Assembly (NCBI RefSeq): GCF_035638955.1
Contig: NZ_DASQYZ010000112.1
Span: forward strand, 13,777 to 45,776
Origin: Oligoflexus sp.
Lineage (GTDB): Bacteria; Bdellovibrionota_B; Oligoflexia; Oligoflexales; Oligoflexaceae
DNA length: 32,000 nucleotides
Direction: 5' to 3'
This document shows, one piece after another, positions 16,202 through 24,632 of this stretch (its first letter is position 1; every line of letters begins with the position of its first letter). The notes under the pieces were generated by a model that was given only the letters and a program-made list of their open reading frames with translations, searched no databases and had not been told where the DNA came from. The position numbers and the translations under genes were made by a program.

Positions 16202-17062
16202 TCAGTGGGGGAGGGGCTGGGATTTTACCTTCAGGATAATTCTTCGGGCTTCCTCAGCTCGGCCTGGCAGATAGGGTTCGTCCAGAGGTTCAGTTTCGCC
16301 AAGCCCGATGGCCACCACTCGGTTGGGATCGAGGCCAAATTCGTCGATCAATACCTGCCGAACCGTCATGGCTCGTTGATAGGATTCCACTTGATTGCTC
16401 TGGCTGTCACCCTTGGGATCGGTGTGTCCTTCGACCAGCAGCAAAGGTGCATGCGCCTTCATGAAAATCTGGGCCTGCTCGAGCAGAAAATTCCGACCCT
16501 CCGCCGACAGTTCGAATGTGGTGGGAAGATTTTTCGGATCGATGAAAAGGCGCTCATAAGTCAAAGTTCGATGAGGCAAAATGCGAAGGCTCTGACTGAT
16601 TTTTATTTCCTGCGGCTCAGCCCGGTCACCGACCATTAATCCAGGTGCCTCGGGATAATAAACGCCGGAGTCTTTGGAGCCGTCCTCGGTAACTTCGGCC
16701 AGGGTATAATTTTCGCGGACTTCGGTGGTTTTAAGCAGAGCCGTGGGAATGCCCCGTCGACTCGTTTGCAAAATACTCCCGGGCAAAAGCCCATCACGCT
16801 GTCCCCCAGCCAAAAGTGCTATTAGGGATCGGCCTTTCTTTTGAATTTTCACCACAGCTAGTCCAGCTGACGCTTCTTCCACAGCCAAAGTCGGAGCCGG
16901 CGAAGGCTCGCAAGATTCAGCCGCCGCTATGACTTCAGGGGCACTGAGTTTCCTGTAGACAACTTCTCCATGACTATGGTTTGTAAGTGCAGCGAGAGAC
17001 ATGCACAAAGCCAATATGATCCAGTTTGTACGGACATTCTTAAGTGCTACCATGGCCACCAC
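16202..17062 (-). CDS. OmpA/MotB-domain protein with a signal peptide
   Basis: The C-terminus LLVEGHTDPKGDSQSNQVESYQRAMTVRQVL...RVVAIGLGETEP is an OmpA-like peptidoglycan-binding domain. The N-terminus is hydrophobic (WIILALCMSLAALT). Possible starts are the GTG at 17062 or the ATG at 17053. Confidence 0.8.
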   Translation of the reverse strand: MVAMVALKNVRTNWIILALCMSLAALTNHSHGEVVYRKLSAPEVIAAAESCEPSPAPTLAVEEASAGLAVVKIQKKGRSLIALLAGGQRDGLLPGSILQTSRRGIPTALLKTTEVRENYTLAEVTEDGSKDSGVYYPEAPGLMVGDRAEPQEIKISQSLRILPHRTLTYERLFIDPKNLPTTFELSAEGRNFLLEQAQIFMKAHAPLLLVEGHTDPKGDSQSNQVESYQRAMTVRQVLIDEFGLDPNRVVAIGLGETEPLDEPYLPGRAEEARRIILKVKSQPLPH

Positions 17063-17185
17063 ACAAGGCTACAGGTCTTTCTGTCTTCCAGGTAAGGGTT
17101 CGGCACGGCCCGTCAAAACATTAGACACCTTTTTGCAACTCTCTCAAACTACTGGTGTTTTTCTTAAAGAATCCAGGGGGCGGAC

Positions 17186-17854
17186 GTGAAAGATTTTCTG
17201 GATGTCCTGCTTGAACAGATGCAAAAGCCGCGCTCGGCTCAGGACGAAGCCATATACCTGAATCGTCTGAAGTCTCTGGCCACCACGGCCCCGTCCCTTC
17301 GAAAAATTACCAGCCGGGGTTCCGGCCTTCCGATCCGCGCCGCGACCGCAAGCGCAGTTCCCGATTCCAGGTTCTTTCAGACAAGACCGGACGTGGAGCT
17401 GTTCTTTTATGAACTGAAAAATTCCGAGGCTGAACCGCTTTGGTTTCGTCGGGCCAAGGAGCTGGATTCTCTGCGTGCCTTTGGTCGTTGGGATGCCTTG
17501 CCTGGGGAAGCTCAGGTGCTGGAAACCATCGCCATGGGTGCTGACCTTTATAGTTTAAATGTGCGTGATCATGATCCCGCAACGCTGCAATACCTTGCCG
17601 AAGTCGGAGTGGACTACGGCGTCCCCGTCCTGCTGCGCTGCGCGAACGAAGAAGAGCTGGCGCGCGCGCTTTTTGTGCAAGCGGAAAGCTGGATCGGTCT
17701 TGAAGGTGAGGTGGCCGTTCCTGAACTGTTGGAACTGCCTATTTTTAAGGACCGCAAGGTTCTGTTGCCTTATGGCAACGCGGATGAAAATACCAATCAT
17801 CAACTCAAACAATTGATCCTTCATTTTGAAATCATAGAGGAGCCCAGGATATGA
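17186..17854 (+). CDS. Hypothetical protein with a weak resemblance to indole-3-glycerol-phosphate synthase
   Basis: A GTG start follows AGGGGG, and the stop overlaps the purM start (ATGA). FFYELKNSEAEP resembles the E-x-K-x-x-S segment of IGPS. GADLYSLNV...VPVLLRCANEEELARAL resembles the IGPS beta/alpha units. The INNRDL motif is absent. The functional call is very tentative. Confidence 0.55.
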   Translation: MKDFLDVLLEQMQKPRSAQDEAIYLNRLKSLATTAPSLRKITSRGSGLPIRAATASAVPDSRFFQTRPDVELFFYELKNSEAEPLWFRRAKELDSLRAFGRWDALPGEAQVLETIAMGADLYSLNVRDHDPATLQYLAEVGVDYGVPVLLRCANEEELARALFVQAESWIGLEGEVAVPELLELPIFKDRKVLLPYGNADENTNHQLKQLILHFEIIEEPRI

Positions 17855-18879
17855 CCGAGCAAAAAGGCAAAGATCTCTACAAGGAATCCGGCGTGGACGT
17901 TGCCAAAGGTGATGCCCTGGTGGACTGGCTGCAAAGCCGCAAAGCCGATCAGGTCAGTGGTGGTCAGGTCGTCTCGGGTATCGGTGGTTTCGCCGCGCTC
18001 TTCCGTCCCGATTTTTCCGGGATGGAGGATCCGCTCCTCGTCTCCGGAACCGATGGGGTTGGCACCAAAGTTTTGCTCGGCATCGAGCATAACCAACTCG
18101 AGGGTCTGGGGATCGATCTCGTCGCCATGTGCGTGAATGATCTTTATACCGTGGGCGGCCGTCCGCTCTTTTTCCTCGACTACTATGCCACCGGAATTTT
18201 GGACGAGAATCAGTTCAAGGCCATACTCTCGGGTATTCGCCAAGGCCTGGCGCAATCAAGCGCGGCGCTGCTCGGTGGTGAAACTGCAGAGTTGCCAGGA
18301 CTCTATGAAAAAGGGCACTTCGACCTTGCCGGATTTGTGGTCGGCGTGGTGGATGGAAAAAAACGCCTCCAGCCGGAGCTGGTCAAGCGCGGCGATAAAC
18401 TGATTGCTTTGAACGCCAGCGGATTCCATAGCAATGGTTATTCCCTGGTTCGTAAGTGGCTGGCGGAAAAACCGGTCGATCGGACGATGCTTGACCGTAT
18501 TCTGCAGCCCACCAAAATTTACCATGAGGTGCCGGAGCTTTTAAAGCGGCTGGGATGGGGGCCACTGCACGCCCTGGCTAATATCACAGGCGGCGGCATT
18601 TCCGGCAACCTGCCGCGCGTTCTGCCCGAGGGACTGGATGCGCAGATTGATCCGAAAAAAATTCCGACGCCGGATTGGATGCGCGCATTCTATGAAAGCC
18701 ATGGTGCGAGCTTTGAAGATGTCGAAGGCGTTTTCAATATGGGTGCCGGCATGATCGCCGTGGTGGCTGCCGAGGCCGAAGCGAAGTTTCATCAGATCAG
18801 CAAGGAACTGGGCCTCGGATGCGCATCCATCGGTGAAATGATTCCTGGGTCTGGCGAGTCCACTGTTCGTTATCTTTGA
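17851..18879 (+). CDS. purM: Phosphoribosylformylglycinamidine cyclo-ligase (AIR synthetase)
   Basis: The PurM pattern is present: YKESGVDVAKGDALV, GIGGFAALF, SGTDGVGTK, NDLYTVGGRPLFFLDY and GGETAE. Confidence 0.93.
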   Translation: MTEQKGKDLYKESGVDVAKGDALVDWLQSRKADQVSGGQVVSGIGGFAALFRPDFSGMEDPLLVSGTDGVGTKVLLGIEHNQLEGLGIDLVAMCVNDLYTVGGRPLFFLDYYATGILDENQFKAILSGIRQGLAQSSAALLGGETAELPGLYEKGHFDLAGFVVGVVDGKKRLQPELVKRGDKLIALNASGFHSNGYSLVRKWLAEKPVDRTMLDRILQPTKIYHEVPELLKRLGWGPLHALANITGGGISGNLPRVLPEGLDAQIDPKKIPTPDWMRAFYESHGASFEDVEGVFNMGAGMIAVVAAEAEAKFHQISKELGLGCASIGEMIPGSGESTVRYL

Positions 18880-18891
18880 GGGGATTGTTTT

Positions 18892-19890
18892 ATGGACGAA
18901 CTTCCAAGCATACCGTTGCATATTCTCAGCAGCTCGCAGTTTGATCGCCCTTTTCTGGACCATATGTGCCAGTTGACTGATACGATCCGGCGTTTCGATA
19001 AATCGAAGGAAGGCCTGATGTATCTGCAGGGGCTCCTTGCCCACCGACGCGCCATGCTTTATTTCACGCAGCCGTCGACGCGCACGTTCCTGTCGTTTCA
19101 GACCGCTTGTCAGATCATCGGGATGGGCACGAATGAGATCCGTGATTCCTCGACGAGTTCGGAGCGCAAAGGGGAAAGCATCGAGGATTCCCTGCGCACC
19201 TTTTCCAGTTACGTGGACGTCATCATCATGCGGACGCCCGAGCCCGGCCTCTGCGATCGGATCGCCAATCTTCTGGATGAAACCGAGCGGCCGATTCCGA
19301 TTGTGAATGCCGGATCAGGACCCGATGAGCATCCGACCCAGGCCCTTCTGGATATTTATACATTGAGCCGCAGCTTTGTTCGTCACGGCGGCATCGATGG
19401 CAAAACCATCATGATGGTCGGGGATCTGAAGCGCGGTCGTACCATTCGTTCCCTCAGCGGACTGATGAGCAATTATCGCGATGTGAAGATCCTCTTTGTT
19501 TCGCCTCCCGAATTTCGGATCAGCGACGATCTGCGTCAGAAGCTTAGGCAGAAGGGGCAGCAATTTGAAGAGACCGATCAGTTCGAGGACGCTTTGCGGG
19601 TCGCGGATGCGGTTTATATGACCCGTGTCCAGGACGAGTATGACACCAATGGCGAGTCGAAAAAAGTCGACTATCGCCGCTTCCACCTGAAAGCGGAACA
19701 TTTGCCGCTCATGAAAACGACCGCCGTGATCATGCACCCCTTGCCGCGTCGCGAGGAATTGGATGTCGCGATCGATAACGATCCGCGCGCCAAATACTGG
19801 CGTCAGGAGAGAAACGGCATGTGGACAAGGGTAGCGCTGCTGACTAAGATCTTTGGGGTGGATCGCAAGATCATTCTTCCGGAGCTTTAA
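18892..19890 (+). CDS. pyrB: Aspartate carbamoyltransferase catalytic chain
   Basis: The motifs STRTFLSF (STRTR-type), RKGES, IIMRTPE, HPTQALLD, GDLKRGRTIRSL, MTRVQDE and HPLPR are present. This is the full set of carbamoyl-phosphate/aspartate ligand motifs, except that the fifth residue of STRTR is Phe. Confidence 0.78.
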   Translation: MDELPSIPLHILSSSQFDRPFLDHMCQLTDTIRRFDKSKEGLMYLQGLLAHRRAMLYFTQPSTRTFLSFQTACQIIGMGTNEIRDSSTSSERKGESIEDSLRTFSSYVDVIIMRTPEPGLCDRIANLLDETERPIPIVNAGSGPDEHPTQALLDIYTLSRSFVRHGGIDGKTIMMVGDLKRGRTIRSLSGLMSNYRDVKILFVSPPEFRISDDLRQKLRQKGQQFEETDQFEDALRVADAVYMTRVQDEYDTNGESKKVDYRRFHLKAEHLPLMKTTAVIMHPLPRREELDVAIDNDPRAKYWRQERNGMWTRVALLTKIFGVDRKIILPEL

Positions 19891-20759
19891 TGACCAAAGA
19901 TAGTCTCATCCTGGCCAGCATTTGTATGACCAGCACCGAGGATCGGGAACGCAATATCGAGGAAGCCCTGCATTGGGTGGCGCATGCTGCCGCTCGTGGG
20001 GCTGACTGGGTGCTTTTGCCTGAGGTTTTTGCCTATCATGGATCCTATGATCGGATTCATGAAATGGGTGAAGTTGAGGGTGGGACTCTGGGCACCCGGC
20101 TGGCTGCGGCTGCGCGTCAGCATAAAATCTGTCTTTTTGCCGGCAGTTTCGGTGAGCAGGCCGCACAGGGCGAACTGAGTGAGGCGGATGTCAAAGGTCG
20201 CCTTGGTCATCGGCGGGTGTTCAATACCTGCTTTGTCTTCGATCGTCAGGGTCAACGCGTGGCCAAGTATCGCAAGACGCATCTTTTTAATCTTTACAGT
20301 GCCAAGGGCGAAGCGCTTTACTGCGAATCCGATGGATTCATGGCGGGCGATGAACCGATGACGTTTGATCTCGAAGGTTTCCGGGTCGGCCTGGGTATCT
20401 GCTATGACCTGCGTTTTCCTGGCTATTTTGAACGCATGGCGAAAGACCAGGCGCTGGATATCATCGTGCTGCCTTCCGCCTTTACCTTGCATACCGGCAT
20501 GGATCACTGGGAGCTGCTCCTGCGCGCGCGTGCGGTGGAGCAGCAGGCTTATATGTTTGCCTCGAATCAAACGGGAGATCACGGCCGCGGTCGATCATCC
20601 TATGGGCATTCCATGATCGTCGATCCCTGGGGTTACGTGCTGGCCAACACAGGCGCTGTGCCTGGTGTGGCCATAGCAGAAGCCCAAAAGGCTCGCATCC
20701 AGGCCGTGCGTGATCGACTTCCTGCTCTTCGCAATAGGCGTCCTGAGCTTTATGAGTGA
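19890..20759 (+). CDS. Carbon-nitrogen hydrolase (nitrilase superfamily, Nit/omega-amidase-like)
   Basis: The Glu-Lys-Cys triad contexts are LLPEVF, YRKTHLF and GLGICYDLRFP. The C-terminus is RRPELY. The start overlaps the pyrB stop (TAATG). Confidence 0.85.
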   Translation: MTKDSLILASICMTSTEDRERNIEEALHWVAHAAARGADWVLLPEVFAYHGSYDRIHEMGEVEGGTLGTRLAAAARQHKICLFAGSFGEQAAQGELSEADVKGRLGHRRVFNTCFVFDRQGQRVAKYRKTHLFNLYSAKGEALYCESDGFMAGDEPMTFDLEGFRVGLGICYDLRFPGYFERMAKDQALDIIVLPSAFTLHTGMDHWELLLRARAVEQQAYMFASNQTGDHGRGRSSYGHSMIVDPWGYVLANTGAVPGVAIAEAQKARIQAVRDRLPALRNRRPELYE

Positions 20760-21795
20760 CAAGCCCTTTGATTTTCGACTCGTCAATGGCCTGCAGGGTG
20801 ATCCTGCAGTTTTCGTGCTGTTAAAACGGATGGGCGAAGCTCTGCTGTTTGACCTGGGCTCGATCGAAAACCTCGGTCACCGGGATATGCTGCGGGTCCG
20901 GCACGTCTTTGTCTCGCATGCGCACATGGATCATTTTGTGGGTTTTGATCGGCTTTTGCGGGTCAATGTTCCGCATCGGCGTCAGCTCTCGATCTTTGGT
21001 CCGGATGATTTTATTGAACGGGTGCGCGCGAAACTCAATTCCTATACGTGGAATCTCATTGAACCCGATCAGATTCGTTTTCTGGTGCATGAGGTCCGCG
21101 TCGATGGATCGGTATGGTCGGCGTTGTTAACCAATACAGATAAATTTTCAGCGTCGGCATCCCTGACCGATATCACGCATCATCATTTGGTGACGCTGCG
21201 CGATGGATCCCAGGTGGCAGCGGCTCTCATGGAGCATAAGGGGATCATGTCGGTGTCCTATAAACTGGAAGCCCCGGCGATCCTTAAAGTTCGGACTGAT
21301 AAATTGAAATCCCTTCATCTCAAAGCGGGTCCCTGGCTCGGGGATTTGCAGCATCGGGTGCGAACGGGCCGGGTGCAGGGGGATATCGAAGCGGATGGTC
21401 GAACGTTTGCAATTGAAGAGCTGGCCCATGAGTTGATCACCCAGCACAAGGGGCGATCGCTCGTCTACCTTACGGATCTGTCTTTTTCCCCTCGCAATCT
21501 TGAGGCTTTAAAGAAGGCTTTTGGTCAGGCTTCAGATGGTATTTCGGAAAGCAGTTTTGCCGATGAAGATCGTTCGCGTGCGGTGGATAAGGCCCACCTG
21601 ACGAGCCGCCAAAGCGCATTGATCGCTCGCAGTCTCGGCATTCAGCATTTCCATGTTTTTCATGTGTCGGGAATTTATGGTCAGGGTCCCCAGCCTGTGG
21701 CCGAAGAAGCGCGCAGCTTCTTTCATGACCTGCCGGGTCCTGGGCCGGAACTCGATCGGGAAATCCAGATCGAGTTGGCGAAGATACAGTCCTAA
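20752..21795 (+). CDS. Metallo-beta-lactamase-fold hydrolase (RNase Z/ElaC-like subgroup possible)
   Basis: The MBL metal motif is HVFVSHAHMDHFVGFDRLL. The ATG at 20752 overlaps the preceding stop by 8 nt, and the alternative start at 20710 overlaps more. Confidence 0.75.
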   Translation: MSDKPFDFRLVNGLQGDPAVFVLLKRMGEALLFDLGSIENLGHRDMLRVRHVFVSHAHMDHFVGFDRLLRVNVPHRRQLSIFGPDDFIERVRAKLNSYTWNLIEPDQIRFLVHEVRVDGSVWSALLTNTDKFSASASLTDITHHHLVTLRDGSQVAAALMEHKGIMSVSYKLEAPAILKVRTDKLKSLHLKAGPWLGDLQHRVRTGRVQGDIEADGRTFAIEELAHELITQHKGRSLVYLTDLSFSPRNLEALKKAFGQASDGISESSFADEDRSRAVDKAHLTSRQSALIARSLGIQHFHVFHVSGIYGQGPQPVAEEARSFFHDLPGPGPELDREIQIELAKIQS

Positions 21796-21798
21796 GGA

Positions 21799-22158
21799 TC
21801 AGTGCAGATTGCTTTTGTTCTTGCGGGCGGGTGCTGCGGCGGCTGCAGGACCATTGCTACGAGAGGTTTCAGTTTCGGCTGCGCTTTCATGCAGGAGTTC
21901 CTGGAAAGGAACCTGCATTTCCTGAGCAGCTTCATCCAGCGCACCGCGTTCTTCCAGATATTCGCGGAGACGACCCAGAGCAATTTTAAAGGTCTGCTGA
22001 CGGACCAGCATGGTGTTCACTTCCTGGCGAAGTTTCACAACTTCGAGCCCAAGGTCGCGGAGATGGCTTTCCATCTGTTCCATACGCTGGTTGCCATCGA
22101 GGGGTTCGGCAGGGGTTCCTTCCTGCTCGACCGACTTACTGAAAAGTTTGAGCACCAT
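21799..22158 (-). CDS. Hypothetical small coiled-coil protein
   Basis: A strong Shine-Dalgarno sequence (AAGGAGGG) lies 7 nt before the ATG. The sequence is heptad-like (MEQMESHLRDLGLEVVKLRQEVNTML...) with an Ala-rich tail. The plus-strand mirror ORF has no Shine-Dalgarno sequence. Confidence 0.6.
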   Translation of the reverse strand: MVLKLFSKSVEQEGTPAEPLDGNQRMEQMESHLRDLGLEVVKLRQEVNTMLVRQQTFKIALGRLREYLEERGALDEAAQEMQVPFQELLHESAAETETSRSNGPAAAAAPARKNKSNLH

Positions 22159-22257
22159 GATATCCCTCCTTGGGGCGTTTTGTAAGGCTACCTGCCTTGC
22201 TTTTGCATGTTCAGCTTATTTGGGGCGTTTCCGCCCCTCGTCATCCCGCTTGCGGGA

Positions 22258-23820
22258 TCAGCTGGTTTTGGCGCGTTTTTCCAGATTGTACTTTTGCACC
22301 TTGGTGATCAATCCCGCCCGGCTGATGCCAAGTTCCTTGGCCAGCTTGGATTTATTCCAACCCGTGCGTTCTAGACCTTCCAGGATCATCTGCTTTTCCA
22401 TGACCTCGAGCGAATCCTTCAGGTTGCCGTTGACGCGCAGGCCTGGGAATTTTTTCTTGGTGCTTTCCTTGATCCGCTGTGACAGCTGCTCGGAATTGAT
22501 TTCCTTCAGCTCACCGGCCAGGACGCAAAGGCGCTCAATTTCATTTTCCAGCTCGCGGACGTTACCGGGCCAGTCATGATCCATCAGGCGCTCCAGGCAT
22601 TCCTGCTTCACCAGCTTCTTGGGCGTGTTGCTGGTCTTGGAAAATTTGGTCAGGAAGTGATCGGCCAGGAGAACGATATCGTCCTTGCGGTCGCGCAGGG
22701 GCGGAACCACAACGTTGATGACGTTCAAGCGATAGTAAAGGTCTTCGCGGAACTCGCCGTGCTTGACCATCTCGATCAGGTTACGGTTGGTCGCAGCGAG
22801 AACACGGACGTTACCGCGTTTCACTTCAGTCGAACCCACCGGCGTAAAGGTGCCTTCCTGAAGAACCCGCAGCAATTTCACCTGCATCTGCATGGAGGTA
22901 TCACCGATCTCATCGAGGAAGAGCGTACCGCCATCGGCGGCTTCGAAGAGACCTTTTTTGTCTTTCACAGCGCCGGTAAAAGCACCCTTCATGTGACCGA
23001 AGAGTTCAGATTCCAAAAGGTTTTCGTTGAATGCACCGCAGTTCACAACCAGGAAGCGCTTGTTCTTACGCTTGGAGTTGTAATGCAGAGCCTTGGCGAT
23101 CAGTTCCTTACCAGTACCGTTTTCACCTTGGATCAAAACGGTGGTCTCGGAATCGCACACGCGCTCCAGCAGGCGATAGAGTTCCTGCATGGCCATGGAT
23201 TTGCCAATCATCCGGTCGAAGCCATAACGCTGACCGAGTTCCTTGGAGAGCTCGCTGACCTTGCTCTTTTCATCGTCGAGATAACGGTGCATGACCAGAA
23301 TCTCATCGACCACGAGGTTAATGAGTTCTGTTAGATAATGGAGTTCCTTGGTGGACAGCACCGGGAGGTCCTCGACCTTGCCAATGAGGTCCTTGCGCTC
23401 GGGGAAGTCACGTTCCAGATAGTTACAGATCTGGATCTTTTGGGCAGCTGCCGAGTCTTCGCAGATGAAGCCGTCGCCAAACACGGTCCCGAGGAACTCG
23501 CCTTTGACGTTAATTGGTACCGAAATCACCGAAAAACCGGTCGGATCGATCGAAACGCGCGATTTTTTGCCATGCATCGACTCAACAGTCGTTTTTCTGG
23601 CTGTTTCCAGGCGCTTGGAGAAGCCCTTGGCATCAGCAACGATGGCCTGACAGATAGGGTTCAGCGGATTGAAGAACTTGCCTTCCGGCACCCCTCGCAG
23701 GAAGCCCTTTTTATCCGTGAAGTTGATTTGAACGCGCCACCATTTGCCGACGATTTCCTTCAGCTTTCTGATGACGTGCATCTTATCAAAGTCTTCCCAA
23801 CGGACAGATTCCTGGCTCAT
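22258..23820 (-). CDS. Sigma-54-dependent transcriptional activator (bEBP) with a non-receiver N-terminal sensor domain
   Basis: The AAA+ core is GENGTGKELIAKALH, ESELFGHMKGAFTGA (GAFTGA loop) and GGTLFLDEIG. The C-terminal Fis HTH is NKSKLAKELGISRAGLITKV. The N-terminal roughly 200 aa are PocR-like by eye (tentative). I chose the ATG at 23820, which follows GGGAG. The ORF is open up to a TTG at 23988. Confidence 0.85.
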   Translation of the reverse strand: MSQESVRWEDFDKMHVIRKLKEIVGKWWRVQINFTDKKGFLRGVPEGKFFNPLNPICQAIVADAKGFSKRLETARKTTVESMHGKKSRVSIDPTGFSVISVPINVKGEFLGTVFGDGFICEDSAAAQKIQICNYLERDFPERKDLIGKVEDLPVLSTKELHYLTELINLVVDEILVMHRYLDDEKSKVSELSKELGQRYGFDRMIGKSMAMQELYRLLERVCDSETTVLIQGENGTGKELIAKALHYNSKRKNKRFLVVNCGAFNENLLESELFGHMKGAFTGAVKDKKGLFEAADGGTLFLDEIGDTSMQMQVKLLRVLQEGTFTPVGSTEVKRGNVRVLAATNRNLIEMVKHGEFREDLYYRLNVINVVVPPLRDRKDDIVLLADHFLTKFSKTSNTPKKLVKQECLERLMDHDWPGNVRELENEIERLCVLAGELKEINSEQLSQRIKESTKKKFPGLRVNGNLKDSLEVMEKQMILEGLERTGWNKSKLAKELGISRAGLITKVQKYNLEKRAKTS

Positions 23821-23956
23821 ACGCAAAGCTCCCGAAAAGTACTGATTTTTGCAGTGTCCATGGACTTCGCAATCAAAGTACGTATCGGCTCGAGCGGCCA
23901 AAACCTTTACATCGTTTCCCGTTGGAATTTTAAGGGCTTGGAAAAAAGTGCCGGAT

Positions 23957-23979
23957 AGCTGGGCAGTGACTGCCCAGCT
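23957..23979 (-). promoter_or_regulatory. Perfect 10-bp-arm inverted repeat at the lolA / bEBP junction
   Basis: On the minus strand the repeat reads AGCTGGGCAG-TCA-CTGCCCAGCT. A T6 run begins 10 nt downstream. It could be a terminator, an attenuator or an operator. Confidence 0.35.
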
Positions 23980-23984
23980 CCTGT

Positions 23985-24632
23985 TCAACCATGATGCCTA
24001 ACTGTAAAGTTGCCTTGGCGGGAAAAGGTAAAGATTTTAGGATCGTTAGTTTTGCTCACGGGGTTTTTAAAAGCAAACTGTGTGTTATTCCCGTCAATGT
24101 AAAAAATTTGGACCTCTTCAACGAATTTCTTGACGTCTGAGACTTTGACAAAGATCGACGAGACGTCGGTGCCTTCGGGCTGCTGGGGGACCAGGATGGC
24201 CTCGGTATGCCCCCCTTTGGATTTGATATCCTTCACCTTGTAACGGCTGAGGAGGGCCCTTGGATCCAGCACCAGGTTCACCACCTCATGCAGCTCCCGA
24301 GCGAGGCTGGCATTGGTGTTGTAGTTGTTGACCAGACGGTCCTTCTCGCGATAATGAGTCAGTTTCTCGCCATTAAAGTAGTACTCTTCAAGGCCGCTTT
24401 TGCCTTCCGTGAAATTCCAGCGAAACATCCCGGGCTTGGAAAAGTAAGCGTTGCCGCTGCGAATCGTGGAGCGATCGCGCAACTTCTTGTAGGTCGTCTG
24501 CGAAAAGTCCACCGACAGATGCTCGACGGTAGAGAAGATTTCTGCATATTTATCCTGAAGTTTCGGCTCCGCAGCCTTTGCAGCAGGAAGGGTCGTCAGA
24601 CTCAGAACCAGGAACAATGCGACTCGAATCAC
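23985..24632 (-). CDS. lolA: Outer-membrane lipoprotein carrier protein LolA
   Basis: A signal peptide is present (MIRVALFLVLSLTTLPAAKA). The LolA pattern follows: FSQTTYKKLRDRSTIRSGNAYFSKPGMFRWNF. The GTG start follows AAGGAGG. Confidence 0.85.
   Translation of the reverse strand: MIRVALFLVLSLTTLPAAKAAEPKLQDKYAEIFSTVEHLSVDFSQTTYKKLRDRSTIRSGNAYFSKPGMFRWNFTEGKSGLEEYYFNGEKLTHYREKDRLVNNYNTNASLARELHEVVNLVLDPRALLSRYKVKDIKSKGGHTEAILVPQQPEGTDVSSIFVKVSDVKKFVEEVQIFYIDGNNTQFAFKNPVSKTNDPKIFTFSRQGNFTVRHHG

Noticed and set aside
19887-20582. 231-aa minus-strand ORF
   Set aside because: It is antisense to the C-N hydrolase gene, which carries the Glu-Lys-Cys triad motifs.
22576-23958. Plus-strand ORFs 22576..23334 and 23338..23958
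   Set aside because: They are antisense to the sigma-54 activator, whose AAA+/GAFTGA/HTH motifs fix the coding strand.
23821-23988. 56-codon N-terminal extension of the sigma-54 activator ORF (TTG start overlapping the lolA stop)
   Set aside because: The extension contains the perfect 10-bp inverted repeat plus T tract and has no Shine-Dalgarno sequence. The ATG at 23820 has a GGGAG Shine-Dalgarno sequence. The longer form cannot be fully excluded.
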